From: Patescibacteria group bacterium
Lineage (GTDB): Bacteria > Patescibacteriota > Patescibacteriia > UBA2591 > JAQUPP01
Assembly (NCBI GenBank): GCA_028716665.1
Contig: JAQUPP010000001.1
Coordinates: 37,313-101,312, forward strand
DNA length: 64,000 bases
Reading direction: 5' to 3'
Shown here: piece by piece, positions 10,057-18,555 of the stretch
Layout of the letters: each line of letters starts with the position of its first letter
Position numbering within the stretch: position 1 is the first letter of the stretch
Notes under the pieces: generated by a model
What the model was told of the DNA's origin: nothing
Seen by the model: only the letters and a program-made list of their open reading frames with translations
The model's database searches: none
Position numbers and translations under genes: made by a program

Positions 10057-10461
10057 TTAACATGGCAAATACTCTCCCTTTTCTATCTCATCTTTACTTA
10101 ATGCCTTCAAATGCTTATTCCATTCTTTATAAAAAGTTTCTTTCCCGCTTTTATCCTTAACTAACACAGACACAATCGGCCAGCCCTCTTCATCAGGATA
10201 ACTTATCTTTATGTCTTTTACTTTTGGACAAACATTCTGACAGCACTTAGTATGTTTCCATACACTGCCGGGAAACAATCCGCTTTCGTAACAAGCACAC
10301 CATTTAAGTTTAGTGTCTGAATCTGAAACCATAAGTCCTTGCAGAGTTGCACAATGCTCACAGATCCCCCTAATTAACAAATATTTGAAATCCTCCTTTA
10401 CTTGTACTTTTATAAGCCTGCAATCCTCCTTTACTTTTTTAAACCATTGAAGTATTTTCAT
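10057..10461 (-). CDS. hypothetical Cys-rich protein
   Basis: 134-aa ORF with CxxC and further Cys; AGGAGG 5 nt upstream; promoter-like TTGACA at ~10519. Confidence 0.6.
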   Translation of the reverse strand: MKILQWFKKVKEDCRLIKVQVKEDFKYLLIRGICEHCATLQGLMVSDSDTKLKWCACYESGLFPGSVWKHTKCCQNVCPKVKDIKISYPDEEGWPIVSVLVKDKSGKETFYKEWNKHLKALSKDEIEKGEYLPC

Positions 10462-10528
10462 TTTTCCTCCTTTTTTTATTGAACTAATCTTAGATTATCA
10501 AAAATTAAGAATTTGTCAAGTCCCAAGA

Positions 10529-10556
10529 TTGCCAACAAATTTTAAATAGGTATAAT
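10529..10556 (+). promoter_or_regulatory. sigma70-type promoter in front of TIR element copy 3
   Basis: TTGCCA-16 nt-TATAAT, 6 nt before the ATG at 10563. Confidence 0.6.
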
Positions 10557-10565
10557 AAAGATATG

Positions 10566-10696
10566 CCAGGTAGTGAAACTTTGACTTAGTCTTTTAAGGG
10601 GTTCTACCAAGCATATAAAGTAAAATTTTAATAATAAATTAACTATTTTTATAACTTTGACAGGAATAAATAACCGGTCAAAGTTCTACTACCTGG
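10566..10696. mobile_element. non-autonomous TIR element, copy 3 (shorter, different interior), at the epimerase/reductase start codon
   Basis: CCAGGTAGTGAAACTTTGAC ... GTCAAAGTTCTACTACCTGG; TATG at 10562-10565 and 10697-10700. Confidence 0.8.
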
Positions 10697-10697
10697 T

Positions 10698-11549
10698 ATG
10701 AAAAATAATAAACCAAGTTTTTATATTTTAGGGGCAAGCGGATTTATGGGCGGAAAATTCGTGGAATATCTAAAACAAAATAATTTTGAAGTTTCCAACG
10801 AAAGAATTGATATTACTGATTTGCCGGCTTTAAAGAAAAAATTTAAAGAAATCAAACCTGATGTGGTGATTAATTTTGCCGGCGTCAGAGCTTATCCGAA
10901 TATTGACTGGTGCGAAACTCACAAACAAGAAACAATTGCCGTAAATGTCGCGGGCGCGATTAACGTCGCTTTAGCCGCTCTGGAAGCGTCAAGTTTTATG
11001 ATTCAAATCGCTTCGGGCTGTATTTATTCCGGCACGCCGGAAACGCCTTTTAGCGAAGAAGATGAACCGAATTTTTTCGGCAGTTTTTATTCCAGAATGA
11101 GAGTCGCAATGCAAATGGCGCTTAAAGAATTGCCCGTTCTTCAATTGAGAATCAGAATGCCGATTTCCATGTATTCTCATCCGCGCAATCTGCTTAATAA
11201 AATAATTTCTTACAAAAAAGTTATTTCTTTGCCTAATTCCGTAACTTTAATTGAAGATATGTTTCCGGCTTTGGTTAAATTGGCGGAAATCAAACCGACC
11301 GGAATTTTAAATTTAGTGAATGACAATTATCTGACTCACGAACAAATGCTTAAAGCTTATCAAGAAATAGTCAATCCAAATCATCAATATGAATTAATTT
11401 CTTTGAATGAACTTTATAATATTACCAGCGCCAAACGAAGCAATTGCATTTTGTCCAATCAAAAAGCGAAAGATTTGGGAATAGAAATGCCGGCAATTGA
11501 CGAAAAACGGCTGAGAGAAATCATGGAAGTCTACAAAAAATCTTTGTAA
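10698..11549 (+). CDS. NDP-sugar epimerase/reductase (RmlD-like; resembles bifunctional 3,5-epimerase/4-reductase)
   Basis: GASGFMG Rossmann motif, NIDWCETHK.ET...NV.G, GCIY, EEDEPNFFGSFYS, LRIRMPIS. Confidence 0.8.
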   Translation: MKNNKPSFYILGASGFMGGKFVEYLKQNNFEVSNERIDITDLPALKKKFKEIKPDVVINFAGVRAYPNIDWCETHKQETIAVNVAGAINVALAALEASSFMIQIASGCIYSGTPETPFSEEDEPNFFGSFYSRMRVAMQMALKELPVLQLRIRMPISMYSHPRNLLNKIISYKKVISLPNSVTLIEDMFPALVKLAEIKPTGILNLVNDNYLTHEQMLKAYQEIVNPNHQYELISLNELYNITSAKRSNCILSNQKAKDLGIEMPAIDEKRLREIMEVYKKSL

Positions 11550-11566
11550 ATTTTAGAAAATATAAA

Positions 11567-11604
11567 ATATTAAAAGACCGTAGAAATCTACGGTCTTTTA
11601 ATAT
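11567..11604. terminator. bidirectional terminator
   Basis: ATATTAAAAGACCGTAGA / TCTACGGTCTTTTAATAT between convergent units. Confidence 0.75.
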
Positions 11605-11675
11605 GCCAGGGGGCAGAATCGGACTGCCAACGCAAGGATTTTCAGTCCTTCGCTCTACCACTGAGCTACCCTGGC
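11604..11675 (-). tRNA. tRNA-Phe(GAA), no encoded CCA
   Basis: GCCAGGG...AAGGA CTGAAAA TCCTT...CCCTGGC-A; T-loop TCCGATT. Confidence 0.92.
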
Positions 11676-11703
11676 GTAAAATTTAAACATCTTAAATATT
11701 AAT

Positions 11704-11786
11704 AGTCCTTCGCTCTACCACTCCGACGCCTTTACAGGGACCGGAGTCCAGACTTTTACGTCGGGGCTGAGCTACCCTGGCGTAAA
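11704..11786 (-). pseudogene. duplicated 5' half of tRNA-Phe interrupted by a 46-bp hairpin insert (11721-11766)
   Basis: Identical to the tRNA-Phe 5' half plus 5-nt leader once CTCCGACG...CGTCGGGG is removed. Confidence 0.8.
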
Positions 11787-11823
11787 TCATTTCAATATTA
11801 AAACATTGTAACATTTTAACAAG

Positions 11824-11894
11824 TGGGCGACCAAGGAATCGGACCTTGTACTCTTCCGTGTAAAGGAAACGTTTTACCATTAAACTAGTCGCCC
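11824..11894 (-). tRNA. tRNA-Val(TAC), no complete encoded CCA
   Basis: GGGCGAC...TTCC TTTACAC GGAA...GTCGCCC-A; T-loop TCCGATT. Confidence 0.88.
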
Positions 11895-11913
11895 CTTGAT
11901 GCCCTTTAAATTT

Positions 11914-13413
11914 TTATTCGAGAGAATAATTCGGTGGTTCTTTTGTAATAATAATATCGTGAGGGTGAGATTCGGTTTTGCCCGCCTGTGTGATTCTAAT
12001 GAAATCTGCTTTTTCGTGAAGTTCAGAAATATTTGCCGCGCCGACATATCCCATTCCACGTTTCAGTCCGCCCAAATATTGAAAAATTACTTGTTCCAAT
12101 TCTCCTTTGTAAGGTTTTAATCCTTCAACGCCTTCGGCAATAAGTTCTTTTTTTCCTGTATCCACTTGTCTATACCTTTCTCGACTGCCTTTGTTAACTT
12201 CCATTGCCCCGATAGAACCCATTCCTCTGTAGACTTTCCATTGTCTGCCATCTTTAAAAACTATTTCACCTGGCGCCTCTTTTGTTCCTGCCAGCATGCC
12301 GCCCATCATCACAGAACACGCACCTGCACCAATAGCGATAGGAATGTCTCCTGAATTATGCAACCCGCCGTCCGCGCAAACAGGAATATCAAACGCGCCA
12401 ATAGCCTTTGCGCATTTGTAAACAGCACTTACTTGAGGCGAGCCGATTCCCGCGATAACTCTTGTAGTGCAAATTGAACCCGGTCCCTGACCTACTTTTA
12501 CTCCGTCAGCACCCGCCTTGGCGAGTCGACAGGCCGATTCCGGTTCTGAGACATTACCGACTACAACATCAATTTTATAATTTCTTTTTATTTCTTTAAG
12601 TGTTTCAATAACTGATTTTGTATCTGCGTGCGCCGTACTGATTACCAACACATTAACTTTATTTTTTACCAATAAATCAATCCGTTCAAAATCATTCACG
12701 CCCACTGCCGCGGCCACGATTAACTGTCCATTTTTATCCACATTGCATCCGGTAGGATTTTTCATTATTATTCTTTGAACATCTTTAAAAACATACATCC
12801 CTGCGATTTTACCATTTTTATCCAACAACGGCAAAATCTTCTTTTTTGTTGCCATCATTATTTTATGCGCTTCTTTTAGAGAGGTCCCTTTTGGCGCCGT
12901 GATGATTTTTTTACTCATGACTTTTGCGACCGGAAGAGAAAAATCTTGGCAAAAATCAAAATCGGTCTTACTTAATATACCGATGAGTCGATTAGCTCTA
13001 TTAATAACAGGAAAGGTGCAGAAATCATATTTCTTTTCCTCTTTTTTCATGAGAATTTCCCTTACGGATTCATTTTCGTACGCGCAAATTGGTTCGTCTA
13101 TAAAGCCATTCAGATAATATTTTACCCTAGCCACTTCATCCGCTTGGTCTTTAGGAGAAAGATTTTTATGAATTACGCCAAGTCCGCCCAACAAAGCCAT
13201 TCCTATTGCCATACCGCTTTCTGTCACCGTATCCATGTCAGCGCTAACGAGAGGAATTTTTAAAAAAATATTTTTCGAAAATTTTGATTCAAGATTTACG
13301 TTGTCCGGCATAACTTCGGAATGACCCGATTTTAGGCGAACATCATCAAAAGTCAGCGCCAATCCCAGTGCTTCCATCTTCTCAAAAAATGCATCTTTTG
13401 GGAATTTTTTCAT
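11914..13413 (-). CDS. guaB: IMP dehydrogenase with CBS pair
   Basis: [25 protein letters not shown] (catalytic Cys), ADGG, YRGMGS, AEGVEG. Confidence 0.96.
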   Translation of the reverse strand: MKKFPKDAFFEKMEALGLALTFDDVRLKSGHSEVMPDNVNLESKFSKNIFLKIPLVSADMDTVTESGMAIGMALLGGLGVIHKNLSPKDQADEVARVKYYLNGFIDEPICAYENESVREILMKKEEKKYDFCTFPVINRANRLIGILSKTDFDFCQDFSLPVAKVMSKKIITAPKGTSLKEAHKIMMATKKKILPLLDKNGKIAGMYVFKDVQRIIMKNPTGCNVDKNGQLIVAAAVGVNDFERIDLLVKNKVNVLVISTAHADTKSVIETLKEIKRNYKIDVVVGNVSEPESACRLAKAGADGVKVGQGPGSICTTRVIAGIGSPQVSAVYKCAKAIGAFDIPVCADGGLHNSGDIPIAIGAGACSVMMGGMLAGTKEAPGEIVFKDGRQWKVYRGMGSIGAMEVNKGSRERYRQVDTGKKELIAEGVEGLKPYKGELEQVIFQYLGGLKRGMGYVGAANISELHEKADFIRITQAGKTESHPHDIIITKEPPNYSLE

Positions 13414-13461
13414 AAGTTTAATTTACTAAATCCTCAACGCTAATTTCAAGAATCTTATTTT

Positions 13462-13535
13462 TGGTGGACCCGAGGGGAATCGAACCCCTTACTCTTCCAT
13501 GCCATGGAAGCGTGTTACCGGTATACCACGGGCCC
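13462..13535 (-). tRNA. tRNA-Ala(GGC)
   Basis: GGGCCCG/CGGGTCC-ACCA with G3:U70; anticodon loop ATGGCAT. Confidence 0.9.
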
Positions 13536-13554
13536 ATAAAATTATTAATTAAAG

Positions 13555-13638
13555 TGCGGACGGAGGGATTCGAACCCTCGCAGGATTGCTCCCACATGCA
13601 CCTCAAGCATGCGCGTATACCAGTTCCGCCACGTCCGC
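13555..13638 (-). tRNA. tRNA-Leu(GAG)
   Basis: GCGGACG...CATGC TTGAGGT GCATG, long variable arm, TTCGAAT T-loop. Confidence 0.93.
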
Positions 13639-13640
13639 AA

Positions 13641-13886
13641 TTATTTTATCAATGTTTTTAAATATTCTTTACCACAACCAGATTTAAAATATTTTTCTCT
13701 TTGTCTCGCTTGATATCTAGAACCAACAAATTCTGTAAATATAATTTTAAAAGGGATATATCGTTTATTTGATTTAGTTTTTCCAATATTATGTTCTTTT
13801 AATCTTTTCTCCGGATTTTCTGACATCCCAACATAAATATAATTATATTTAATACTTTTTATAGCATAAACATAATAACTTTCCAT
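13641..13886 (-). CDS. small GIY-YIG nuclease (81 aa from the ATG at 13886)
   Basis: YYVYAIKS...IYVGMSENPEKRLKEHN...ARQREKYFKSG. Confidence 0.88.
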   Translation of the reverse strand: MESYYVYAIKSIKYNYIYVGMSENPEKRLKEHNIGKTKSNKRYIPFKIIFTEFVGSRYQARQREKYFKSGCGKEYLKTLIK

Positions 13887-13913
13887 AATTTTAAAATTGT
13901 AATATAACAATTA

Positions 13914-13964
13914 CATGCGCGTATACCAGTTCCGCCCTGCCTGCCGGCAGGCAGGCACGTCCGC
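13914..13964 (-). pseudogene. duplicated 5' 31 nt of tRNA-Leu interrupted by a perfect 20-bp palindrome (13936-13955)
   Basis: Equals 13608-13638 after removing CCTGCCTGCCGGCAGGCAGG. Confidence 0.85.
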
Positions 13965-13976
13965 CTAAAATAACAA

Positions 13977-14321
13977 TTATTTTATTTCCTTTAATTTTTT
14001 TGAATGATCTTTTAAGAAATTCAATTTGGCTCTTCTGACTTTAAACTTTTTCACTATTTCTATTTTTGAAATCGTCGGTGAATACAAAGGATAAATTTTT
14101 TCCACGCCGATATTGTCAGCCGCTTTTCTGCTAACGGTAAAAGTGGCGCCTGCTGTATTTCCACCATGGCGAGAAATGACCATGCCTTCAAAAATTTGGA
14201 TTCTTTCTTTCATATTTCCTTTCGCATCCGGTTCTTTGATTTTTTGAAAAATTTTAATCATCATTCCCGGTTTAATGTCCGTAACGTTGGTTTCTTTTTT
14301 TTCTTTTTTTATATCTTCCAT
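13977..14321 (-). CDS. rplS: 50S ribosomal protein L19
   Basis: KERIQIFEGMVI...TFTV...GVEKIYPLYSP...KVRRAKL. Confidence 0.96.
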   Translation of the reverse strand: MEDIKKEKKETNVTDIKPGMMIKIFQKIKEPDAKGNMKERIQIFEGMVISRHGGNTAGATFTVSRKAADNIGVEKIYPLYSPTISKIEIVKKFKVRRAKLNFLKDHSKKLKEIK

Positions 14322-14380
14322 ATTAAATTTTAATTTTGATTAATATATTAAGGCTAATAACATGTTTAGGAGAAGAGGCT

Positions 14381-14944
14381 CTAGGCAGGAGCCTCTTCTA
14401 AAATAATTTTCTTTATTTTTTCAACAGTTTCTTCCAGCTTCCCTTCTTCATTGGTGATAACATAATCCCAGTTATCAAGGGTGGCCAATTCTTTTTGTGT
14501 TTCAGCCAAACGTTCTTGAATTACTTCTTCCGAATCTTGTCCGCGGCTGCGCAATCGCTTTTCCAAAATTTCAATTGATGGAGGAATAATGAAAATCACT
14601 TTTGCCTCCGGGAATTTAATTTTGATTGTCTTTGCGCCTTGGCAATCAATTTTAAAGAGAATTGCTTTATTCAACTGCATTAATTGCTCCACATCCTTTT
14701 TCTGCGGACCGTAATAATTACCGTAAACCAAAGCGTGTTCAATTAATTCGTCATTTTTTATCATTTGTTCAAATTTTTCTTCTGAAACAAAATGATAAGG
14801 ATGGCCCTCTGATTCGCCTTGTCTCATCGGACGCGTGGTGGTAGTAACTACCCAATTAAAATCAAGATTCTCTTTTTTAAGACCTTCAATCACACTGTCT
14901 TTGCCTGCTCCGGAAAGTCCGGAAATTACGAATAATTTACTCAT
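14381..14944 (-). CDS. gmk: guanylate kinase
   Basis: ISGLSGAGKDS, TTRPMRQGE..G.PYHF, YGNYYG, LEKRLRSRG. Confidence 0.95.
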   Translation of the reverse strand: MSKLFVISGLSGAGKDSVIEGLKKENLDFNWVVTTTTRPMRQGESEGHPYHFVSEEKFEQMIKNDELIEHALVYGNYYGPQKKDVEQLMQLNKAILFKIDCQGAKTIKIKFPEAKVIFIIPPSIEILEKRLRSRGQDSEEVIQERLAETQKELATLDNWDYVITNEEGKLEETVEKIKKIILEEAPA

Positions 14945-15707
14945 TTTTACCTCCCTGTCTGCCTGATAGGCAGACTTTTTTATTTAAAAAATCCTTTAAT
15001 TCTTTTGGCAAATCGCTTTTAAATTCTTGCCATTGATTATTTAGATCGTAAAAACCCAGATAACCGGCGTGAAGAAAAATTCTATCTAAATCGGTTTTTG
15101 CTTTGCTGTGCTGCTTGTCTCCGACAATCGGACAGCCGATTGATTGCAGATGAAGACGAATTTGATGCGTTCGACCGGTAAACGGCCTGAGTTTTAATAA
15201 AGTAAATTTTGGAAATTCTTGAACAACCTCGTATTCGGTTATCGCCGGCTTGGAAATTTTAATATTTTTTTTAGATTGAACAACGACTAATTTTCCTTTT
15301 TTTGTTCGGCCAATTGGTAATTCAATTGTTCCTTTTTTTTGCGAAGGCCGGCCGCAAACCAAAGCCAAATATTCTTTTTTTACCCGGCTATTTTTAAACT
15401 GATCAATAAAATATTCAAATGATTTTTGATTTCTGGCAATTATCATCAATCCGGAAACGTTTTGGTCCAAGCGATGAACAATCCCCGGTCTTTCACTCTC
15501 ATTAATATCTTTTATTTCAGGATAATTTTCAATTAACCAATTCGCTAAAGTATTTTCTTTTTGATGTTTGGTAGGATGCACCAATAATCCGCTCGGTTTT
15601 TCAATAATCAAATAATCCTTATCTTTAAAGATTATATTCGGTTTTAAAAAAAAGTCAACCCCCATACCAAACGGCGATATATTTTTAAAATGCGATGAAT
15701 TATTCAT
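14937..15707 (-). CDS. RluA-family pseudouridine synthase (true start uncertain)
   Basis: KPSGLLVHP, RPGIVHRLD, TGRTHQIRLH, PIVGD, LHA. The N-terminal extension derives from an inserted repeat. Confidence 0.92.
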   Translation of the reverse strand: MNNSSHFKNISPFGMGVDFFLKPNIIFKDKDYLIIEKPSGLLVHPTKHQKENTLANWLIENYPEIKDINESERPGIVHRLDQNVSGLMIIARNQKSFEYFIDQFKNSRVKKEYLALVCGRPSQKKGTIELPIGRTKKGKLVVVQSKKNIKISKPAITEYEVVQEFPKFTLLKLRPFTGRTHQIRLHLQSIGCPIVGDKQHSKAKTDLDRIFLHAGYLGFYDLNNQWQEFKSDLPKELKDFLNKKVCLSGRQGGKNE

Positions 15708-15806
15708 TATATTTGATTAATCTGTTCTAAATTTTAAAATTTATTCTATTTTAAAAAAAGTTTAAAAATATATTACTGAGCATTTTATCACCGTTCAGGT
15801 GCGGGG
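15659..15806. mobile_element. MITE-like element with imperfect ~25-bp TIRs and GTCAA flanks
   Basis: CCCCCATACCAAACGGCGATA vs reverse complement CCCCGCACCTGAACGGTGATA; GTCAA at 15654-15658 and 15807-15811. Confidence 0.55.
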
Positions 15807-15890
15807 GTCAATCCCCATAAAAATCATTCTAGCTAAAAAACTAATTTTTGTCAAAAAAATCCCCCGCTCTTTTATAAGCGGGGGCTGTTT

Positions 15891-17909
15891 TTATTCACTT
15901 TTTATCTCTTCCTCAAAAGAGATGTATTTGGGCCGGACACGCGTCACATTGTTCTTTCTGTCTAAGGTTATTTCAGTAATCCACATTCCAAGCCATGGAA
16001 CCATACCTCTTTCTTTTAAATAAGAGGTACTTCCTTCGAGACAAGGAACCAGGAATGAAGAGATTCCCTTATAATGCATGAATATCGACACATGAAGATG
16101 TCCCAGTAATAATACCCTTACTCCATCCTCAGAATTACTTTGTTCTTCCACAAGAGTTTCTATAAATCGTTGCGAACGATACGATTTTCCGTAAGGAATT
16201 CCTCCTTTAGGATGGACTAAACGTATGGTTACCCCATTAATGGTTGTCGTCCCTTCCACGATGAATTCTCCACCAATATATTCAACATTCTTCTGTAACC
16301 GAGCAAACATTTTGACGATATTGTAACCGGCAAGAACCGAATAGGCTTTTTCATGGGAAGATCCTCCAATTACTTTGAGAGGAATTTTAGAGTCAGGCCA
16401 AATTTTCTGTGCTCTTTCAAGTTGTTCATCCGCACCATGATATTTTAAATCAAATTGCTGTCCTTTATAAGCATTGGTTCCGGTAAAAACATCGCCGGAA
16501 TGAGTCATCACATCAGCCTTGGCCAGTTTAGCTTCTTGGTAGGCTCTCTCAATTAAATCCTCTCTTGCCGTTTTATCACCAATATGGGTATCGGAGATGG
16601 AAGCAATAATCAATTTCTTGGCATGAACGCCTGTTAAAGAAATTGGTTCAAATCTCCTTGAAGTCCAATCATACTTTAAAACGTATTTTTTGGCAGCTTC
16701 ATCATGCGCTATTCTATACTTCTTTTTCTGCAAACTCTGAATCACTTCCACCACATTGCCCTTATCAAGATTAAGTTTTCGAGATAATTCTCCAAGTCGT
16801 TTTGGTCTTTCCTGTAATTCTCTGAGAATGTCTCTCTCCGCCTCGTTTAAAGGAATGTTAGTATGATCACCCGAAGATTGAGGAGTATAATAGCATTGTT
16901 CCACCTGTTCATAAGCGGTCAGGATATTGAATTCCCATTCCACATCAATCGGATTGCCACCTTTATCAAGTTTAATTGTAACAATGGTGTAACCCAATTC
17001 CGGTACATTACCTTTCTTAATTTCTGCTTCTTGAGAAGGAGGCGTGGCGCAAAGACCCGGTAAAGCGATATTAATCATATCACCAGGTTTTTTTGCCGGA
17101 ATTACCAAAGGTGTAGAAAGACCTCCTAAAATTAAGAGATTTGGCCGATGAGATTTTCTCAGCATATACCGAATCGCTGCCGTAAAATTCTCTTTCACCT
17201 TTTGCGTAGGATAAGAAACCGTGTAAGGAGAACCCTTTTTAAGATGCATGACTTTAATTTTCCATTCCCCTTTTGATCCGGTGATATAAAAATTAGCTTC
17301 CAAATCTCCTTCTTTCCGCCAATTTTTTCTATCCTGACAGAGAACATGCGCTACATCCTGAGCATGAGTCAAATCACGAGGTCCATTTAAAAAATAAATT
17401 TTAAATGGCATTTTGGGTATCTCCGAAGTGAAATCAATTTGTTCGTCAAATCCTCCGCCTAAAAAATCCTGACCGTTGCTTTTAGTTGGCTTACCGCCGA
17501 CAATATTTCCGCAATGGATAACAAAACCCATTTTGCGTCTCTTGAATTCTTTCAAAGCCAAGGCTAAAAGTTCCGGCTGGTGAGTTTTAAGACCGAAACA
17601 AGTATCAGAAATAAATCCAATCTTTATTTCTGTTCGACCGGTAGATTCTAAACGAATTGACGGTCCAACTTGAGGTTCGTCAAAAAACTTAACCTCATAG
17701 ATAAATTCTCCCTTTTCCGTTCTTTGGGTTACTTTAATGTCATAACCCTGTTCTCTGAGAGAATCCACCATTTGGACAATTTTGTCCTGCGATTTCTTAA
17801 AAATCTTCGCCAAATCAGAAAGTAAATTTGGTCCTTTCTTCACCCTTTTCAGAAGTTGTTGTTCTAATTCTTCCGGGGTAAATACTTTCAAAGCTTTTTT
17901 CGACTTCAT
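15891..17909 (-). CDS. tandem (wHTH + calcineurin-like metallophosphoesterase) x2 protein
   Basis: Two HTH-like segments; domain 2 has ISDTHIG, HSGDV, GSSHE, LVHP, GHLH; domain 1 is degenerate. GGAGG and a TTGACA-16-TATAAT promoter lie upstream. Confidence 0.75.
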   Translation of the reverse strand: MKSKKALKVFTPEELEQQLLKRVKKGPNLLSDLAKIFKKSQDKIVQMVDSLREQGYDIKVTQRTEKGEFIYEVKFFDEPQVGPSIRLESTGRTEIKIGFISDTCFGLKTHQPELLALALKEFKRRKMGFVIHCGNIVGGKPTKSNGQDFLGGGFDEQIDFTSEIPKMPFKIYFLNGPRDLTHAQDVAHVLCQDRKNWRKEGDLEANFYITGSKGEWKIKVMHLKKGSPYTVSYPTQKVKENFTAAIRYMLRKSHRPNLLILGGLSTPLVIPAKKPGDMINIALPGLCATPPSQEAEIKKGNVPELGYTIVTIKLDKGGNPIDVEWEFNILTAYEQVEQCYYTPQSSGDHTNIPLNEAERDILRELQERPKRLGELSRKLNLDKGNVVEVIQSLQKKKYRIAHDEAAKKYVLKYDWTSRRFEPISLTGVHAKKLIIASISDTHIGDKTAREDLIERAYQEAKLAKADVMTHSGDVFTGTNAYKGQQFDLKYHGADEQLERAQKIWPDSKIPLKVIGGSSHEKAYSVLAGYNIVKMFARLQKNVEYIGGEFIVEGTTTINGVTIRLVHPKGGIPYGKSYRSQRFIETLVEEQSNSEDGVRVLLLGHLHVSIFMHYKGISSFLVPCLEGSTSYLKERGMVPWLGMWITEITLDRKNNVTRVRPKYISFEEEIKSE

Positions 17910-18033
17910 TTTTTCCTCCTTTTTTTAATGAACTGAATCTATTTATAATTATATGTAAATTCGAAAAAGTGTCAATAGTCCGATAAATATACTTTATAAA
18001 AAAGGCGGTCATTTAGACCGCCCTGATTAATTC

Positions 18034-18453
18034 TCAGCAATAAGGAAGAAAATTGCCATTTTTATCACGAATACGCGCTCTGGTTTCTTTAATGCTTAAA
18101 TGCTTAACCAGATTAAATTTTATGTTGTCAATTGTCCCCTTTTCATCAATTTTATAAATTATTCCACCGCGTTTGGCGATATTTTTCGCTTCCTTGAATA
18201 TTCCCGCCCCCCATTTATTATCTTTAAAGGGAAGAAATATCCCCACCTCGCAATCAGAAATCAATTTTATAAAATAATCCATTGCCGCCGCACTGCCTCT
18301 TTTTTGCTTTAAACGTTTCGCTTCTTCCTGATGGCATTTTTCCGCCGGATTTATAATTTCCCATTTCGGAAAATAAAAATCGATTTTTTCGAGCAATCGT
18401 TTTTCTAAATCCGTATTATAGACATTTTGCGGATGTCCAAAATATATTTTCAT
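18034..18453 (-). CDS. nucleoside 2-deoxyribosyltransferase/N-glycosidase-like protein
   Basis: KIYFGHP...IINP...CEVGIFL...GAGIFKEA pattern; GGAGGTGAGG upstream. Confidence 0.55.
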   Translation of the reverse strand: MKIYFGHPQNVYNTDLEKRLLEKIDFYFPKWEIINPAEKCHQEEAKRLKQKRGSAAAMDYFIKLISDCEVGIFLPFKDNKWGAGIFKEAKNIAKRGGIIYKIDEKGTIDNIKFNLVKHLSIKETRARIRDKNGNFLPYC

Positions 18454-18555
18454 TCCTCACCTCCTTTTTAATATACTAAATATTTATTTAATTATACATA
18501 AATTTTAAAAAAATAAAAGGTGCTTGCTAATATGCAAGCACCTGATTATTTTTTA

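Noticed and set aside
11601-11612. ATATGCCAGG as a fourth copy of the start-codon element
   Set aside because: This is the tRNA-Phe acceptor end. The match stops after CCAGG and there is no partner TIR.
11692-13661. ORFs 11692-11880, 13418-13606 and 13461-13661, plus the many short antisense ORFs inside long genes across the window
   Set aside because: They overlap tRNAs or are shadow frames of well-supported genes, with no recognisable motifs.
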